DNA from: Thermodesulfovibrionales bacterium
GTDB taxonomy: Bacteria; Nitrospirota; Thermodesulfovibrionia; Thermodesulfovibrionales; UBA6898
Reading direction: 5' to 3'
Length of the DNA: 64,000 nt
NCBI GenBank assembly: GCA_044450345.1
Contig: JBIOIY010000002.1
Coordinates: 64,001 to 128,000, forward strand
The notes beneath the pieces are model-generated. The model worked only from the letters and a program-made list of their open reading frames with translations, did no database searches and had not been told where the DNA came from. Below are positions 61,185 to 64,000 of the stretch, in pieces (the first letter of the stretch is position 1; every line of letters begins with the position of its first letter). A program made the translations under genes and the position numbers.

Positions 61185-62172
61185 AAATTACCTTACTACC
61201 GGTGCCGTCATACGTACGGCGCATAGATCGCCGCGACTTCAGTATGCTCACAAAGTACCCTTCTCCGGCGTCGCGCTGCAGGTTGTCCCAGCTGTCCTCC
61301 TCTTGTATCACCGCAAGGCTATCAAGGATCGTAAAGAGCTGTTCTTCACCGCTGCCGAAGGGTATTACCTTCCTGCAGGAAACGAACCTGACAAAATATC
61401 CTCTTTCAAGAAAATCTTTGGCAAGAGAGCCGGCCAGTGAAACCGCCCTTTCGAATAGTTCCCCGCCTTCCGGCAAGAGATTGTCGAGAATGACGGTCAA
61501 CCTCCTGACTTCGAATTCAGCGTATTCCTTGACGAAAAGGACCCCTGTCTTCGCAGATGCCTTCCAGTGAATGCTCCTCCGGTCGTCGCCGTCCCTGAAT
61601 TCCCGGAGGGAATACACTTCGTCCCCGGATGCCGAAAGGCCGGAGACCTCCATCCCCTCTTCTCCACTGACACTGTCGAGAAGACCTCCGAGTGAGCGCA
61701 GAGCCGGATATACAAGCAGCTCGCCGTTTACCCCCATCGATCTCTCTCCTCTCAGCAGGATAAAAGGAAAGTCGCTCAGCAACTGAAAATCCCCGTAGCT
61801 GTATATCCCCCTCCTCTCGAATCTCACCGCCATCTCTTTTTCTACTCTCTGAAGCGGCGGTATCATCCCGAAGAAAGCAGGCGCAAGGGCGCCGGGAAAC
61901 AGACATTGCACTGAATAGGAGGGTATCATGCGCTTATGGTTCCTGACTGATATGGTCAACATGGCATCTTCTCCCGCGAACAGAGCAGGGCTGCCCCCGA
62001 AATCAAGAGACAGACCGGACAGGTTGGCCCTTCCCAGAACTACGGAAAGCATAATGAAGGAAAGCATAAGAGAAAATATGAGATAGATAAGGTTGTTTCC
62101 CGTATTGAGAGCAGCCACGCCGATCAGGAAAGTGGCTATCGCAAACCTCTTTCCTTCCTTCGATACCTCCAT
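61168..62172 (-). CDS. DUF58 family protein
   Basis: NTGNNL, LREFRDGDDRRSIHWKASA. Confidence 0.9.
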   Translation of the reverse strand: MEVSKEGKRFAIATFLIGVAALNTGNNLIYLIFSLMLSFIMLSVVLGRANLSGLSLDFGGSPALFAGEDAMLTISVRNHKRMIPSYSVQCLFPGALAPAFFGMIPPLQRVEKEMAVRFERRGIYSYGDFQLLSDFPFILLRGERSMGVNGELLVYPALRSLGGLLDSVSGEEGMEVSGLSASGDEVYSLREFRDGDDRRSIHWKASAKTGVLFVKEYAEFEVRRLTVILDNLLPEGGELFERAVSLAGSLAKDFLERGYFVRFVSCRKVIPFGSGEEQLFTILDSLAVIQEEDSWDNLQRDAGEGYFVSILKSRRSMRRTYDGTGSKVIYAEDV

Positions 62173-62176
62173 CACA

Positions 62177-63100
62177 TCACACAGGCACCGGCACCTTTTC
62201 GACGATCTCCCGGACAATCAATTCCCCATCCGAAAAAAACCTCCCGGACTTCAGGATCAGCCTGTGTCCAAGGAGAAGCGGGGCGAGTATTTTGATATCA
62301 TCGGGGACAGCGTAATCCCTTCCTTCATAATAGGCGTGGGCCCTGACCGCACTGAGGAAAAACTGGGCTCCTCTCGTGCTCGCCCCAAGTCTGATTCTGT
62401 CGTCCCGCCGCGTGCACGCGACGATCTCCATCAGGTAGTCAATGAGACTCTCTTCCACCTCGACTTTTTCCGCCTCTTCCTGCATACGTAGGATGTCAAA
62501 CCTTGAGACCGCAGGTACCATTCTTTCGAGCAGTGGGAAGCTCGGTCCCTCCAATACGGCAATCTTCTCATATTCCGGAGAGGGATACCCCAGCGCAATA
62601 CGCATCATGAAGCGGTCGAGCTGGCTCTCGGGCAAAGGGAATGTACCATGATACTCCACGGGGTTCTGTGTCGCGACGATCATAAAAGGCTCTGGAAGCC
62701 TGAATGTCTTCTTCTCGACAGTCACCTTTTTCTCGTTCATCGCCTCAAGAAGAGCCGACTGGGTCTTCGGGTTCGTCCTGTTGATCTCGTCTGCAAGTAT
62801 TATGTTGCAAAAGAGAGGGCCAGTCTTGAACTCGAATTCCTTTGTCTCCTGACTGAAGACGCTGACGCCTATAATGTCCGAGGGCATCATATCACTGGTG
62901 AATTGTATCCGTTGGAATGTGCAATCCGTGGCCTTTGCGAGCGCGCATGCGAGCGTCGTTTTCCCCACGCCCGGCACGTCCTCGATGAGCAGGTTGCCTC
63001 TCCCCAGGAGGCAGACGATAGCCATTTTAACTGCTGTATCTTTTCCTTTGAGCACCGCGCCGACCTGCCCGCTGAGTTGCTTTAAGGCGGGATTTGTCAT
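62177..63100 (-). CDS. MoxR-family AAA+ ATPase
   Basis: EDVPGVGKT, RIQFT.D, LADEINR, ATQNP, PLPESQLDRF. Confidence 0.95.
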   Translation of the reverse strand: MTNPALKQLSGQVGAVLKGKDTAVKMAIVCLLGRGNLLIEDVPGVGKTTLACALAKATDCTFQRIQFTSDMMPSDIIGVSVFSQETKEFEFKTGPLFCNIILADEINRTNPKTQSALLEAMNEKKVTVEKKTFRLPEPFMIVATQNPVEYHGTFPLPESQLDRFMMRIALGYPSPEYEKIAVLEGPSFPLLERMVPAVSRFDILRMQEEAEKVEVEESLIDYLMEIVACTRRDDRIRLGASTRGAQFFLSAVRAHAYYEGRDYAVPDDIKILAPLLLGHRLILKSGRFFSDGELIVREIVEKVPVPV

Positions 63101-63138
63101 ATGATTATCCATATTTCATATTATACACAGGAGAAGCT

Positions 63139-63669
63139 ATGGAATGTTCGCTTAAGGGCCATTTGTCGGTAATGTGTCTAACGGATCTCCTTCAGTGGGG
63201 AGAACTCTACCGGAAAACCGGCGCGATCACCGTGAAAAAAAATAATATCGAGAAAAAGATTTATTTGGAAGGAGGCAAGATAGTCTTCGTCTCCTCAACC
63301 AAGGATGGAGAACGTCTCGGCGAGTACCTTCAGAGGGGATCTCATATAGACCTCGACAAAATCAAGGCCGCCTTGAGCGAGGCCCAAAACATGAAAATTC
63401 CCTTCACTCAGAGGCTGCTCAAGATGAACTATTTCACTCCGGCGGGTCTAAGGAGCGTTATCGAAAGGCACGCGCAAGAGATATTACTCGAAGCCGCGGC
63501 ATGGGCCGAAGGCACCTTCGAGTTTATTCAGGGAGATCTCCCTTCCAGCGTCCTTGGGGGACCTATCAAACTCAATGCGTCCGAACTTATTCAGCAGATG
63601 TGCAGGCAGCTTGAAGATTCACGGGCAGGGCTGAGGAAAAATATCTCATACTTTTATATAATAAAGTAA
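63139..63669 (+). CDS. DUF4388 (PatA_N-like) domain protein
   Basis: LKGHL...LTDLLQW, KTG, G.I, RLGEYL, W.EGTFEF. Confidence 0.8.
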   Translation: MECSLKGHLSVMCLTDLLQWGELYRKTGAITVKKNNIEKKIYLEGGKIVFVSSTKDGERLGEYLQRGSHIDLDKIKAALSEAQNMKIPFTQRLLKMNYFTPAGLRSVIERHAQEILLEAAAWAEGTFEFIQGDLPSSVLGGPIKLNASELIQQMCRQLEDSRAGLRKNISYFYIIK

Positions 63670-63746
63670 CTTTTTTTAATCGGGAGAATATCTTCGAACC
63701 TCGGAAGGGATGCGTCCCGGAAGCGTCATGAAGGAGGTCTATTTCT

Positions 63747-64000
63747 GTGAAAAAGCCCTGGTCCGGCAGGTTTACCAATAAGACATCTGCCATAGTCGAA
63801 TCCTTTTCAGAATCCGTCTCCTTCGATAAGAGGCTTTGGAGATATGACATCGAAGGCAGCATCGCACACGCCAGGATGCTCGGCAGGCAGGGTATCATTC
63901 CTCATAAGGATGCCGGACTGATCGTGAAGGGACTCAGGGAGATCGCCTCTGATATAGAGTCGGGCAGGTTTAGATTCCGCGAACATCTCGAAGACGTCCA
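63747..64000 (+). CDS. argH: Argininosuccinate lyase, 5' part; runs off the window edge
   Basis: Manual translation from GTG: MKKPWSGRF...SVSFDKRLWRYDIEGSIAHARML...EDVH; RBS AAGGAGG. Confidence 0.93.
   Translation, partial: MKKPWSGRFTNKTSAIVESFSESVSFDKRLWRYDIEGSIAHARMLGRQGIIPHKDAGLIVKGLREIASDIESGRFRFREHLEDV

Noticed and set aside
59268..63100. MoxR-DUF58-transglutaminase cluster as a novel system
   Set aside because: This is a well-known, widespread gene trio.
1..64000. CRISPR arrays, transposases, prophage or defence genes
   Set aside because: I saw no regularly spaced repeats or recognisable mobile or defence proteins. The window is almost fully explained by the listed genes.

Overview
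A 64-kb, gene-dense core-genome segment from an anaerobic Gram-negative bacterium. Gene content and style suggest Nitrospirota/Thermodesulfovibrionia or a Desulfobacterota-like lineage (inference only). It holds mostly housekeeping genes (fhs, purN, purM, clpC, ndk, mdh, miaB, mtaB, secA, tatC, trxA, ffh-rpsP-khpA-rimM-trmD-rplS-rnhB, a dpp-type ABC transporter, ppdK, surE, pcm, argH) and one tRNA-Gly(CCC). I saw no mobile element or CRISPR array. The main finding is a Hyb-type (group 1c-like) [NiFe]-hydrogenase operon, hybO-A-B-C-D. Its large subunit is split in the ORF track by a single in-frame TGA (5685-5687) that falls on the second Cys of the N-terminal RxCGxC metal-binding motif. A perfect 8-bp stem with a G-first tetraloop, resembling a bacterial SECIS, follows 10 nt later. 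The C-terminal motif is plain DPCLAC. This suggests a [NiFeSe] hydrogenase with selenocysteine at a Ni-Fe bridging position rather than the terminal position used by characterised NiFeSe enzymes; a nonsense mutation or base-call error is not excluded. Secondary observations: a desulforedoxin-like domain fused to a histone-H1-like tail, a c-di-GMP/MglA cluster coupled to secA, an ino1 plus CDP-alcohol phosphotransferase pair, a probable CC-adding enzyme, a disrupted tatB, and a rimM lacking a canonical start codon.
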